Part shown: positions 19,385 through 28,014 of the stretch, one piece after another
How the letters are laid out: every line of letters starts with the position of its first letter
Position numbering within the stretch: the stretch's first letter is position 1
Assembly (NCBI GenBank): GCA_965242525.1
Contig: OZ251459.1
Coordinates: 4,064,001-4,128,000 of the forward strand
DNA: 64,000 nt
Source: an uncultured Candidatus Binatia bacterium
GTDB taxonomy: Bacteria > Desulfobacterota > Binatia > UBA9968 > JAJDTQ01
Direction: 5' to 3'
The notes under the pieces: model-generated
What the model was told of the DNA's origin: nothing
The model's database searches: none
What the model saw: the letters and a program-made list of their open reading frames with translations, nothing else
Position numbers and translations under genes: made by a program

Positions 19385-20207
19385 GGATCAACGCTCCTTC
19401 CTTCCGGGTGAACATGGCCGGAAACGACACGTCTATCATGCGTCCGGACTGTTTGAGGTCCATCAGACCGAGTCTCTTGGCCTCGACGGCGGCGTCGATC
19501 AAGCTGTCGGGATCGGAATCCAGGACCGCGGCCCACGGGGTCTCGAACAGCAAGCGCCCCCGGCGGCCCACGGCGAATCCGAGAAGCAGCGCATACGCCG
19601 CGGCCGCGGGCGTCGCCCGGACGCGCTGGCGGCTCTTTCGGCCCCTTCCCCTCAGATGGCCGGATTGCGTCCAGGACGAAGCCGCGTTGCGCACGGCCTT
19701 GTCCAGGGTGTCCTGGTTCAGACGGTCGCCGGTGGCCTCGGACAGGGCGTCCTTCATGGGTTGCCGCGAAAGCTCGTGCCCGTAGGGGGTCCGAAGGACG
19801 GCTGCCGCCGCGGCCCGGAGCAGCGGATCCCGCGCCAGTGCGAGCAGGAGCGCCAGCAAGGGACGACTCGATTCGTGGCGGGGCCACAGGTCCCTGAAGA
19901 CGCGGAACAGGATTGCCCGCGGTTCGAGGCCGTAGAGTTCCTTCAGGTGTTGCAGCGAGATCCTGCGGTTCACCGCGGTCTTCTTTCCGAGGCAGTTGCC
20001 CGCGGTGACGGCATCCGCATAGTCCCCGCGGGACGCGGCCCCGGGCACGGCCGCCAGAAGCTGCGTTATTTCGTCGAGCATGATCGTCCGGCTCGTGTGG
20101 GTCCCTCGTTCACCCGAACGGAATCCCCAGGTCGAGGCCTCGCCCGGGGGAAGGCCGACGATCCCGCGCTCGAAGTCCAGGTCCACCAAGTCGGATGTTG
20201 CAGTCAT
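19359..20207 (-). CDS. brxA: BrxA-like protein
   Basis: GTHTSRTIMLDE...NCLGKKT...RDPLLR...RNAASSWTQSGHL; first gene of the operon, overlapping brxB. The ORF-track extension to 20462 runs into repeat DNA. Confidence 0.72.
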   Translation of the reverse strand: MTATSDLVDLDFERGIVGLPPGEASTWGFRSGERGTHTSRTIMLDEITQLLAAVPGAASRGDYADAVTAGNCLGKKTAVNRRISLQHLKELYGLEPRAILFRVFRDLWPRHESSRPLLALLLALARDPLLRAAAAAVLRTPYGHELSRQPMKDALSEATGDRLNQDTLDKAVRNAASSWTQSGHLRGRGRKSRQRVRATPAAAAYALLLGFAVGRRGRLLFETPWAAVLDSDPDSLIDAAVEAKRLGLMDLKQSGRMIDVSFPAMFTRKEGALIRGAHRQSG

Positions 20208-20256
20208 GTCGGAGGGGACCGTAGCAGGTTTTGGAGCCGATGGCAAGGCGTTGATA

Positions 20257-20262
20257 ATTATA
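20257..20262 (-). promoter_or_regulatory. Candidate sigma70 -10 box (TATAAT) for the BREX operon
   Basis: Perfect TATAAT on the minus strand ~50 bp upstream of brxA in GC-rich DNA; no convincing -35. Confidence 0.4.
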
Positions 20263-20293
20263 CCGGCAAACTGGCCGGTTGAATTTTCGGACT

Positions 20294-20480
20294 GGATTCC
20301 CGCTTTCGCGGGAATGACGGAGGTGGGGGTCTGCGGGAATGACAGGAGGCGGGCGTTTGCGGGAATGACGGAGGTGGGCGTGCGCGGGAATGACGGGGCG
20401 GGCGTTTGCGGAGCAATGACGGCGTGATCCTTTTCGATCCTCTTTCCATCCTGCTTCACCACACGAAAGCCGGAAGAGCC
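20294..20480. mobile_element. Partial MITE copy with a tandem array of GCGGGAATGAC half-sites
   Basis: GGATTCCCGCTTTCGCGGGAATGAC followed by ~25-bp units, ending in the terminal repeat CCACACGAAAGCCGGAAGAGCC (20459-20480); left terminus not found. Confidence 0.7.
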
Positions 20481-20577
20481 GGGTAAAGTTTTCGGCGAAT
20501 CGAGCTTGCGTTCGAGGGATGGCTGGACTATTAGGGCTTATCCGTTTGAGGGATCATTACGCCAAGGAGGTATTCCC

Positions 20578-21675
20578 ATGTCGGAGAAGTTCACGAGGAA
20601 GGGCCGTTTGCTGCGGTTCCTGGGCGGTCTTTCGGCTCTGGCGCTGGCGGGCTCGCTGCTCACGCCGTCCGGCGCATGGGCCCAGCGTTCCCAGGAAGAT
20701 CTGGCCAGGCTCTTCGAGTCCAAGCCGGTGACGATCATCGTGGGGTCGGCTCCCGGAGGCGGTTACGACACGTTCTCCCGGCTGGTGGCGCGTTTCGTCG
20801 GCAACTACCTGCCGGGCAACCCGTCGTTCATCGTCCGCAACGTGCCGGGGGCGGGCCAGCTCCGGGGTCTGCGCCGGGCCATGAAGGCCAAGCCGGACGG
20901 TCTGACCCTGGGACTGCTCCATCCCCGGTTCGTCCAGCGCGAGCTGGCAGGCAAGGACGTGCCGGATTTCGATCTCAAGACCGTGCGGGTGCTGGGAAGC
21001 CCCAGTTCCGGCGAGGTGCCTCGCATCTGGTGCGTCCGCCGCAGTATCGGCACGACCTACGCGGACCTGGTCAAGCGCGGCAAGCCGGTGACCAGCGGCG
21101 GCAACGCTCCGGGCGCGGCCTTCGGCATCGGCCCCCAGTTCGTGCAGGATCTGGGCGGTCCGATCAAGATGGTCTATGGCTACGGCGGCACCTCCGAGAT
21201 CATGGCCGCCTTCGACCGGGACGAGATGGAAGGCGTCGATCGCTGCGTCGAGGAGAACGTGCCGCGGCTGTTCCCGAAATGGATCACCGACAAGAAGGCG
21301 GCGCCCATCTTCTGGTGGGAAAAGGAACCCTCCAAGGACTGGCTGGGCCAGCTCGGAGCCGCCGACGTGCCGCACATCTTCGAGGTGGTGAACGCCACCG
21401 AGGAGCAGCAGAACGCCTTCCTCGTGGCCCAGAGGTTCAACACGTTCAGCCGGATCTACGTGCTCCAGCCCGGCGTCCCGAACGACGTGTACGGCGTCTG
21501 GAAGAAGGCCTTCGAGTCAACCACGAAGGACGCCGGGTTCCTGAAGGCCGCAGGGGTCGCGGGCTACGAGGTCTCGCTGGGCACCGCGGAAGACTTCAAC
21601 GATGGGCTCAAGCGCTACCAGTCCCTTACCCCGGACGGGGAAAAGCTGCTCAAGAGGCTCATGGGCATCAACTAG
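20578..21675 (+). CDS. Tripartite tricarboxylate transporter substrate-binding protein (Bug/TctC-like)
   Basis: Signal peptide; KPVTIIVGSAPGGGYDTFSRLVARF...NVPGAG; GYGGTSEIMAAFDRDEMEG. Confidence 0.88.
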   Translation: MSEKFTRKGRLLRFLGGLSALALAGSLLTPSGAWAQRSQEDLARLFESKPVTIIVGSAPGGGYDTFSRLVARFVGNYLPGNPSFIVRNVPGAGQLRGLRRAMKAKPDGLTLGLLHPRFVQRELAGKDVPDFDLKTVRVLGSPSSGEVPRIWCVRRSIGTTYADLVKRGKPVTSGGNAPGAAFGIGPQFVQDLGGPIKMVYGYGGTSEIMAAFDRDEMEGVDRCVEENVPRLFPKWITDKKAAPIFWWEKEPSKDWLGQLGAADVPHIFEVVNATEEQQNAFLVAQRFNTFSRIYVLQPGVPNDVYGVWKKAFESTTKDAGFLKAAGVAGYEVSLGTAEDFNDGLKRYQSLTPDGEKLLKRLMGIN

Positions 21676-21698
21676 CCATCCCGGAAGCTGCGGGCGCG

Positions 21699-21737
21699 AA
21701 AACGGCCATCCGTCACTTGGCGGATGGCCGTTTTTTT
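21699..21737. terminator. Bidirectional intrinsic terminator
   Basis: AAAACGGCCATCCG-loop-CGGATGGCCGTTTTTTT between convergent genes. Confidence 0.85.
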
Positions 21738-21743
21738 CCCGGG

Positions 21744-22289
21744 TCAACCCCAGAACAGCCTGAGGAGCGGGGGTTCGTGCCACGTGGCGTTCAGGAACCG
21801 GTCATAGACCAGCACGATCAGGGCCAGGAACAGGAGACCCAGGACCGAGGACCAGAACCACCCGGCGCGGCCGTACACGAGCACGTAGAAGAAGACCCAC
21901 AGCGGGACGGCGATGTGGAACCCCACCAGCCAGACCGCGGCGTAGAGGCCCAGGATGTAGAGGCAGATGCGGGCGAAGCGCATCCTCTCGCCCCCGGGGT
22001 CGGCGCCGGTTCGGAAGCCCAGGTCCATGATCTGCCCGGATGCGGGCTCCCGGGCGCTGCGCACCAGGACGACCAGGCGCAAGACCCAGAACGGCGTCCC
22101 CAACCCGATGGCGATGCGGGGCATGAGGGCCGAGCCTTCGGGCCAGGAGAAGGACTCGATGAACATGTAGAGGAAGAGCCCGCCGACCATGGCCAGCAGG
22201 ATGATCTCTCCCAGCACTTCCACGGAGAAGCCGCGCCGGGCGGTCCCCGCGGGGTCCTTGCCGGCGTTCGCCTGCCTGTTTCCATCCAT
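21744..22289 (-). CDS. tctB: TctB-family small transmembrane subunit
   Basis: About five hydrophobic segments; TGATG coupling to the tctA stop. The ORF-track extension to 23822 is a shadow frame. Confidence 0.78.
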   Translation of the reverse strand: MDGNRQANAGKDPAGTARRGFSVEVLGEIILLAMVGGLFLYMFIESFSWPEGSALMPRIAIGLGTPFWVLRLVVLVRSAREPASGQIMDLGFRTGADPGGERMRFARICLYILGLYAAVWLVGFHIAVPLWVFFYVLVYGRAGWFWSSVLGLLFLALIVLVYDRFLNATWHEPPLLRLFWG

Positions 22290-23824
22290 CAGATCTGGTC
22301 CGTCCCCGCTTCCTGCCCTTCCCCGGTGGACTCCTCCGCGGCCCTCTTGGCGCCCTGCTGCATCCGCAGGCTCACCACCATCACCAGGACCATCACTGCG
22401 ATGATGGCAAGGAACTGCGGGCGCGCGAACATGGACCAGCCATAGCTGTTGGCCGAGAGCCAGAGGTACTTCTCCACGATGTCCGCCAGCACCACCGCGA
22501 TGAGGATCGGCGGACGGGGCCAGCCGTAGCGCTTCATGAAGAGCCCCAGGACGCCGAAGGCAAGCACCAGGCCCAGGTCCTCCATGGAGTAGGTGGCCTG
22601 GTAGGCGGCGAGGGTGACCAGGCCGATGATGACCGGGGCCAGGACGTTGGGCGATATGGCCGCGATGCGCGTCATGAAAGGCGCGAACCAGAGCATGATG
22701 GGCACCACCACCACGTTCCCCAGGACGATGGTGTAAACCAGGCTGATGGTGAGGTCCAGGTTCTCGGTCAGCATGGCCGGGCCCGGCTGCACCCCGGACA
22801 GCACCAGGATCGCCAGCAGGATGGCCATGCCGCCGCTCCCCGGTATGCCGAACACCACCGTGGGGATCAGCACGCCCCCGTCCACCGAGTTGTTGGCCGA
22901 GTCCGCGGCGATGACGCCCCTCACGTCGCCCTTGCCGAAGGTCTCCATGGCGCCCTTCTCGGTATGGCGCGCCTGGGCGTAGGCGATCCAGTGGGCCCCC
23001 GACGAGCCGATGCCCGGCATCATCCCCACGAAGGTGCCGATGAGGGACGAGCGCACCAGCAGCCACTTGTTGCGAAGGGCTTCGCGCATGCCCTTGTACA
23101 CGTCCCGGTCCGCCTCCTTCAGCATGGTTTCGAGACGTTCCCGGGCGATGGGGGTGTTGGACACCACCAGGTCCACCACCTCGGGCAGCGCGAACAGGCC
23201 GATGACCACCGGGGCCAGCGGTATCCCGTCCCAGAGGTAGTCGATGCCGAAGGTGGAGCGGGCGTTGCCGCCGATGACGGAGAAACCGATCATGGAGATG
23301 GCGAGGCCGAAACAGGCCGTGAGCATGCCCTTGACGAACGCTCCCGAACTGACGATGGCCACGCACATGAGCCCCAGGAGCGACAGCAGGAAGAACTCCG
23401 CGGACCCGAAGAGCTTCAGCAGTTCCCGTGAGACGGGCAGGGCGAGGAGCAGGGCGAGGGCGCCCACGATGCCGCCCACCAGCGTGCACATGTAGCTGGC
23501 CCCCAAGGCCACGCCGGCCAGCCCCTTGCGGGACATGGGATAGCCGTCGAGGATGGTGGCCTGGGCCGAGCGGGCGCCCGGAATCCCCATGAGTATGGAG
23601 GGGACCGGCTCGGTGATGTCGCTGGCCGCCAGGAAGAACACCACCGCGGTCACCGTGATCCACGGGTCCACGTACCCGGCGAACCCCAGCAGCACCACCG
23701 CCACGGGAAGGTTCCCCCCGGGCATGAGGCCCGAGACCAGCGCAACGGGCAGCATCACCAGCATGGCCAGCAGCGGCCCGGTGGAAAAGAGCTTGTCCGC
23801 CGCGCTTATGGCAGCTTCCCACAT
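22289..23824 (-). CDS. tctA: Tripartite tricarboxylate transporter permease TctA
   Basis: GIPGARSAQATILDGYPM; GDVRGVIAADSANNS; FGIPGS. Confidence 0.9.
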   Translation of the reverse strand: MWEAAISAADKLFSTGPLLAMLVMLPVALVSGLMPGGNLPVAVVLLGFAGYVDPWITVTAVVFFLAASDITEPVPSILMGIPGARSAQATILDGYPMSRKGLAGVALGASYMCTLVGGIVGALALLLALPVSRELLKLFGSAEFFLLSLLGLMCVAIVSSGAFVKGMLTACFGLAISMIGFSVIGGNARSTFGIDYLWDGIPLAPVVIGLFALPEVVDLVVSNTPIARERLETMLKEADRDVYKGMREALRNKWLLVRSSLIGTFVGMMPGIGSSGAHWIAYAQARHTEKGAMETFGKGDVRGVIAADSANNSVDGGVLIPTVVFGIPGSGGMAILLAILVLSGVQPGPAMLTENLDLTISLVYTIVLGNVVVVPIMLWFAPFMTRIAAISPNVLAPVIIGLVTLAAYQATYSMEDLGLVLAFGVLGLFMKRYGWPRPPILIAVVLADIVEKYLWLSANSYGWSMFARPQFLAIIAVMVLVMVVSLRMQQGAKRAAEESTGEGQEAGTDQI

Positions 23825-23925
23825 GTGTCCCTCACGAACCCTCGGAGCGACGGCGTTGCGCCGCGGCCCCGCGCCAATGCGAAGTGCTGACTTGCCATGA
23901 CCGGCGCGTGCTGTCAACTTGACCC

Positions 23926-24798
23926 ATGCCCATCGAAGTCCTCGCCCTGCTGACGGCGCTGTCCTACGCCACGGCCAACGTCTCGGCCCGGTGGGGGCTG
24001 CGGTACTCGACTCCCAACACCGCGGTCATCTTCTCCCTGACCCTGCATGCGGTGGGACTCTCCACCCTGGCGCTCCTCACCGGAGGCGTGGCCGCGGTCC
24101 CCCGGACCGCCCTCTACCTCGTGGTCGCCACCGGCCTGCTGCAGGCCCTGCTGCGCTCCTGCCACTACCTAGCCATATCCCGGGTCGGCGTATCCCGGGC
24201 CGTGACCCTGCGCAACACGCACCCCATGTTCGCCGTCCTCATCGGCATCACGGTCCTGGGAGAGCAGGCGGGGGCGCTCAACCTCCTGGGAGTGGCGCTG
24301 ATCGTGGGCGGCACGGCCTTCACCTCGTGGCGGATGGACGAGAACGTCCCGGACTTCCGCCCGAAATACCTCTGGCTGCCGGCCGCCACCTGCGTCATCA
24401 CCGCCACGGTCCACCCCGTCCGACGGTACGCCCTGACCATCGCCCAGGAGCCGCTCTTCTTCGCCGCCCTGGTGGGCGTGGTCTCGCTGGCCTGCTTCGC
24501 CGCCTACCTGGCGCTGCCGCTGCCCCGGGAGAAGCTGATGTGGCACCCCAAGGCCCTGCTGCCCTTCGCCGTCTCGGGGGTCAGCGAGACCCTGGCCATC
24601 CTGTTCCTGTTCTTCGCCCTGGCCTCGGGTCCGGTGGTAGTGGTCTCGCCCATCGCCGCCACCTCCCCGGTCTGGACCGTGATCCTCGCCAGCATCGTCC
24701 TGCGCCGCGTCGAGCGCACCACGCTGGCGGTGGTCCTCGGCACCCTGCTGGTGGTGGCGGGGGCGGCGTGCGTGGCGGTGGGGAGGATCGGGGGTTAG
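23926..24798 (+). CDS. DMT/EamA-family transporter
   Basis: 290 aa, ~10 TM segments in two EamA-like repeats. Confidence 0.85.
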   Translation: MPIEVLALLTALSYATANVSARWGLRYSTPNTAVIFSLTLHAVGLSTLALLTGGVAAVPRTALYLVVATGLLQALLRSCHYLAISRVGVSRAVTLRNTHPMFAVLIGITVLGEQAGALNLLGVALIVGGTAFTSWRMDENVPDFRPKYLWLPAATCVITATVHPVRRYALTIAQEPLFFAALVGVVSLACFAAYLALPLPREKLMWHPKALLPFAVSGVSETLAILFLFFALASGPVVVVSPIAATSPVWTVILASIVLRRVERTTLAVVLGTLLVVAGAACVAVGRIGG

Positions 24799-24894
24799 GG
24801 AGACCCTGGACCATCGAGACATGGATGGGGGACTTCCTTCACCCTGACTATCCTTCCCCGTTACGGGGGATTGCCCTCACCCCGACCCTCATTC

Positions 24895-24935
24895 CCGTTC
24901 GTCCTGAGCGTAGCGAAGCGAAGTCGAAGGACGCG
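24895..24935 (+). repeat. REP-like palindrome, copy 1
   Basis: CCGTTCGTCCTGAGCGTAGCGAAGCGAAGTCGAAGGACGCG; seven intergenic copies in the window. Confidence 0.9.
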
Positions 24936-25121
24936 CTCCTTTGAGCCGGGCGGGCGACCGGGCCGCTACAAGACCATCGAGGTCTTCGGCCGAAGCACCG
25001 AGTGGTCTCGGCCGTGCCCTTCCGCGACCGGGTGGCGCAGAGGGCGAATCGGGTTGACGCACGCCAAGGATCCGCTGGCGCCGTGCGTCCAACTTGGCGA
25101 CGGGGGGAGAACGGCGGATGA

Positions 25122-25667
25122 ATGGCGGATAGCGACAGGGTGTTGAGCCGGCGGGCCGGCGAGGGCGACCGGGAGGCGTTCGCGGAGTTGGTGGAGCGGC
25201 ACTATGAACGGATCTACCGGATCGGGTTGCGCCTGCTCGGGGATGCGGACGACGCCGCGGACTTGGCCCAGGAGGTCTGCGAGGGGCTCGCCCGGAAGGT
25301 CCGGTCCTATCGCGGAGAGAGCGAGTTCACCACTTGGCTCTACCGGATCGTGGTCAACGCCGCGCGCGACGCGGTGCGGCGTAATGCGGCCCGGCGACGG
25401 GCCAACCAGCGCTACGCGGACGTGAGCGCGCTGGCGCGCGCCGGGGCCGCGGCCCGGGAGGCGGAGGCGCGCTGGCTCTACGAGGTCCTGGCCGTCCTGA
25501 CCGACGATCTCCGCGAGACCGCGGTGCTGGTGCTGCAGGAAGGGCTCGGCCATGCCGAGGCCGGGGAGGTCCTGGGAGTGAAGGAATCCACCGTCTCCTG
25601 GCGCATGCACGAGGTGCGCAAGCGGCTGAAAGCGCTGGCCCGGGCCGGCGGGGATGGACTGCCATGA
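25122..25667 (+). CDS. ECF RNA polymerase sigma factor
   Basis: GDREAFAELVERH...DLAQEV...FTTWLYRIVVNAARD; region 4 HAEAGEVLGVKESTVSWRM. Confidence 0.92.
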   Translation: MADSDRVLSRRAGEGDREAFAELVERHYERIYRIGLRLLGDADDAADLAQEVCEGLARKVRSYRGESEFTTWLYRIVVNAARDAVRRNAARRRANQRYADVSALARAGAAAREAEARWLYEVLAVLTDDLRETAVLVLQEGLGHAEAGEVLGVKESTVSWRMHEVRKRLKALARAGGDGLP

Positions 25668-27715
25668 CGGACGAGTTGAAGCGGCTGGAAGAGGCGCTGC
25701 GCGGGCCGTTGCCCGGACCCGAACCGCAGGCGCGCGAACGCGCCCTGGCCGCGGCTCTGGCGGCCTTCGATGCGGCGGGCCAACAAGCCCGCCAAGGATC
25801 GCGCGCCGCGGAACGTCCAATGGGGCGAGCTTGGATTTGGCTCGAAAACCTTTTCAGGAGGAACGCCATGAACCTTGCCCGCGCCAACTTTCGCTACCGC
25901 CTCATAGGCGCCGCCGGCCTTGCGGTGCTCGCGGCGGCGGTCGCCGCCAGGACGCTCATCACGGACCCGGCCTCCGTGTACGGTCCCGAAGAGGACATGC
26001 ATGCCTTGTCGTTGCCGAGCCCGGTCGAGCAGCCCATGGGGGGTTCCATGCCGGAGTTCGCCAGCAACAAGGCGAGAGAATTGTCGTTGCGGAGCCTGGT
26101 CGAGCAGCGCATGAGGGAGATGGAGATGCCGCGCATGAGGGAGATGGAGATGTCGGCTTTGCACGCACGCCCGCCGGAGAGCAGCGGGAGACCGAAAGAG
26201 TCGATAGAGGGTCTGATGAACTTCATGGTGGGCCCGCACGTCTCGGACGATACCCCGGAGGTCCACGAACACTTGCAGGGCCGCGACCGCTTCCCTGCCT
26301 TCGGGACCAACCCGGTCAAGGCGGTGGCCCGGGAACCGGTATCGACCTTCTCCATCGACGTGGACACCGCCTCCTACGGCTTCGTGCGCGCCGCGCTGAA
26401 CCGGGGCGCCCTGCCCCCGCCCGAGGCGGTCCGGGTCGAGGAACTGGTCAACTATTTCCCCTACGACTACGAGGCCCCCGGGGACCGGCAGGCCCCCTTC
26501 GCCGTGGGCGTCTCGCTGATGCCGACGCCGTGGAACCCCGCCACCCGGCTCATGCACGTCGGTATCCGGGGCTACGCCCTGGCGCCCGAGGCGAAGCCCC
26601 GGACCAACCTGGTCTTCCTCATCGACACCTCGGGCTCCATGCACGAACCCGAGCGGCTGCCGCTGCTGGTGCGCTCCCTCAAGCTGCTGCTCGACGCCCT
26701 GGCGCCCGACGACACCGTGGCCATCGCGGCCTACGCGGGTTCCGCCGGCGTCGTGCTGGAGCCCACCCGGGCGGCCGAGCGGAGGAAGATCCTGGCGGCC
26801 CTCGACGGCTTGGACGCGGGCGGCTCCACCGCGGGCGCCGAAGGCCTCCGGCTGGCCTATGGACTGGCCGAGCAGAACTTCGCCGAAGACCGCATCAACC
26901 GGGTCATCCTCGCCACCGACGGCGACTTCAACGTCGGCGTCTCCGACCCCGGGGAGTTGGAGCGCTACGTGGCGCGCAAGCGCGCCACCGGCGTGTTCCT
27001 GTCGGTGCTGGGCTTCGGCATGGGCAACTACCACGACGAGATGATGCAGGCCCTGGCCCAGAACGGCAACGGCCACGCCGCCTACATCGACAGCCTGTCC
27101 GAGGCCCGCAAGGTGCTGGTGGAGGAGGCCACTTCGACGCTGTTCCCCATCGCCAGGGACGTCAAGGTCCAGGTGGAGTTCAACCCGGCGCTGGTGAGCG
27201 AGTACCGGCTCATCGGCTACGAGACCCGCAGGCTGGCGCGGGAGGACTTCAACGACGACAAGGTGGACGCCGGGGAGGTCGGCGCCGGCCACACGGTGAC
27301 CGCCATCTACGAGTTGACGCCGGCCGGTTCGGGCGCCGAGCGGATGGAGCCCTCGCGGTACCGGCCCGAAGGTCCCGATGCCGGGACCCCGGACCCCCGC
27401 TTCGCCGGGGAGTACGCCTTCCTCAAGATCCGCTACAAGCTGCCCGACCGTGACGACAGCACCCTGATCACCCGCACGGTGACCCGCGCCGACGAGGCGG
27501 AAGGGGTGGGCGGCGCCCCGCAGGAGGCGCGGTTCGCCGCAGCCGTGGCCGGCTTCGGCCAGTTGCTGCGCGGCGGCCGCTACACCGGCGACTACGGCTA
27601 CGACGATGTCCTCGCCCTGGCCCGGGACGCCCGGGGCGAGGACCGCTTCGGCTACCGCGCCGAGTTCCTCAACCTCGTCCGGTCCGCGGCCGCCCTCGAA
27701 GCGCAACGGCCCTGA
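25664..27715 (+). CDS. Membrane-anchored VWA-domain protein (YfbK/DUF3520-like), putative anti-sigma
   Basis: PVSTFSIDVDTASY; MIDAS DTSGSM; RVILATDGDFNVG; EYRLIGYE...DFNDDKVDAGEVG; one TM near the N-terminus; ATGA overlap with the sigma gene. Confidence 0.9.
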   Translation: MTDELKRLEEALRGPLPGPEPQARERALAAALAAFDAAGQQARQGSRAAERPMGRAWIWLENLFRRNAMNLARANFRYRLIGAAGLAVLAAAVAARTLITDPASVYGPEEDMHALSLPSPVEQPMGGSMPEFASNKARELSLRSLVEQRMREMEMPRMREMEMSALHARPPESSGRPKESIEGLMNFMVGPHVSDDTPEVHEHLQGRDRFPAFGTNPVKAVAREPVSTFSIDVDTASYGFVRAALNRGALPPPEAVRVEELVNYFPYDYEAPGDRQAPFAVGVSLMPTPWNPATRLMHVGIRGYALAPEAKPRTNLVFLIDTSGSMHEPERLPLLVRSLKLLLDALAPDDTVAIAAYAGSAGVVLEPTRAAERRKILAALDGLDAGGSTAGAEGLRLAYGLAEQNFAEDRINRVILATDGDFNVGVSDPGELERYVARKRATGVFLSVLGFGMGNYHDEMMQALAQNGNGHAAYIDSLSEARKVLVEEATSTLFPIARDVKVQVEFNPALVSEYRLIGYETRRLAREDFNDDKVDAGEVGAGHTVTAIYELTPAGSGAERMEPSRYRPEGPDAGTPDPRFAGEYAFLKIRYKLPDRDDSTLITRTVTRADEAEGVGGAPQEARFAAAVAGFGQLLRGGRYTGDYGYDDVLALARDARGEDRFGYRAEFLNLVRSAAALEAQRP

Positions 27716-27718
27716 ACC

Positions 27719-27757
27719 CGTCCTTCGACTTCGCTTCGCTACGCTCAGGACGAACGG
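27719..27757 (-). repeat. REP-like palindrome, copy 2
   Basis: Reverse complement of the 41-bp unit immediately after the VWA stop. Confidence 0.9.
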
Positions 27758-28014
27758 AGGGCTTGGTTCAGGGTTTCCGCAACCCTGAACCCCTTTCCGG
27801 ACCGCAGCCTTGCGCCGCTCCAGCGCAGCGGCCTCGGCTGCGGTCTTGCCTCAGGATGTGCAACGGCGTCACGGGTTCCTCCACCGCGGAAGAACAGGAG
27901 GGAGAAAGGACGAAAACGAGTTTCAAGCGTCCCGCTTGTAGAGTACCGCCCGCTCAAGGTACTAAGGAACGGACTCTCTGATTCCCGGTTCTCGATCTCT
28001 CCAGGGAGGCGTTC

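Noticed and set aside
20308-20420. Regularly spaced GCGGGAATGAC repeats as a CRISPR array
   Set aside because: Repeats are only 11 bp, the ~14-bp spacers resemble one another, and the unit is half of a dispersed palindrome; no cas genes adjacent.
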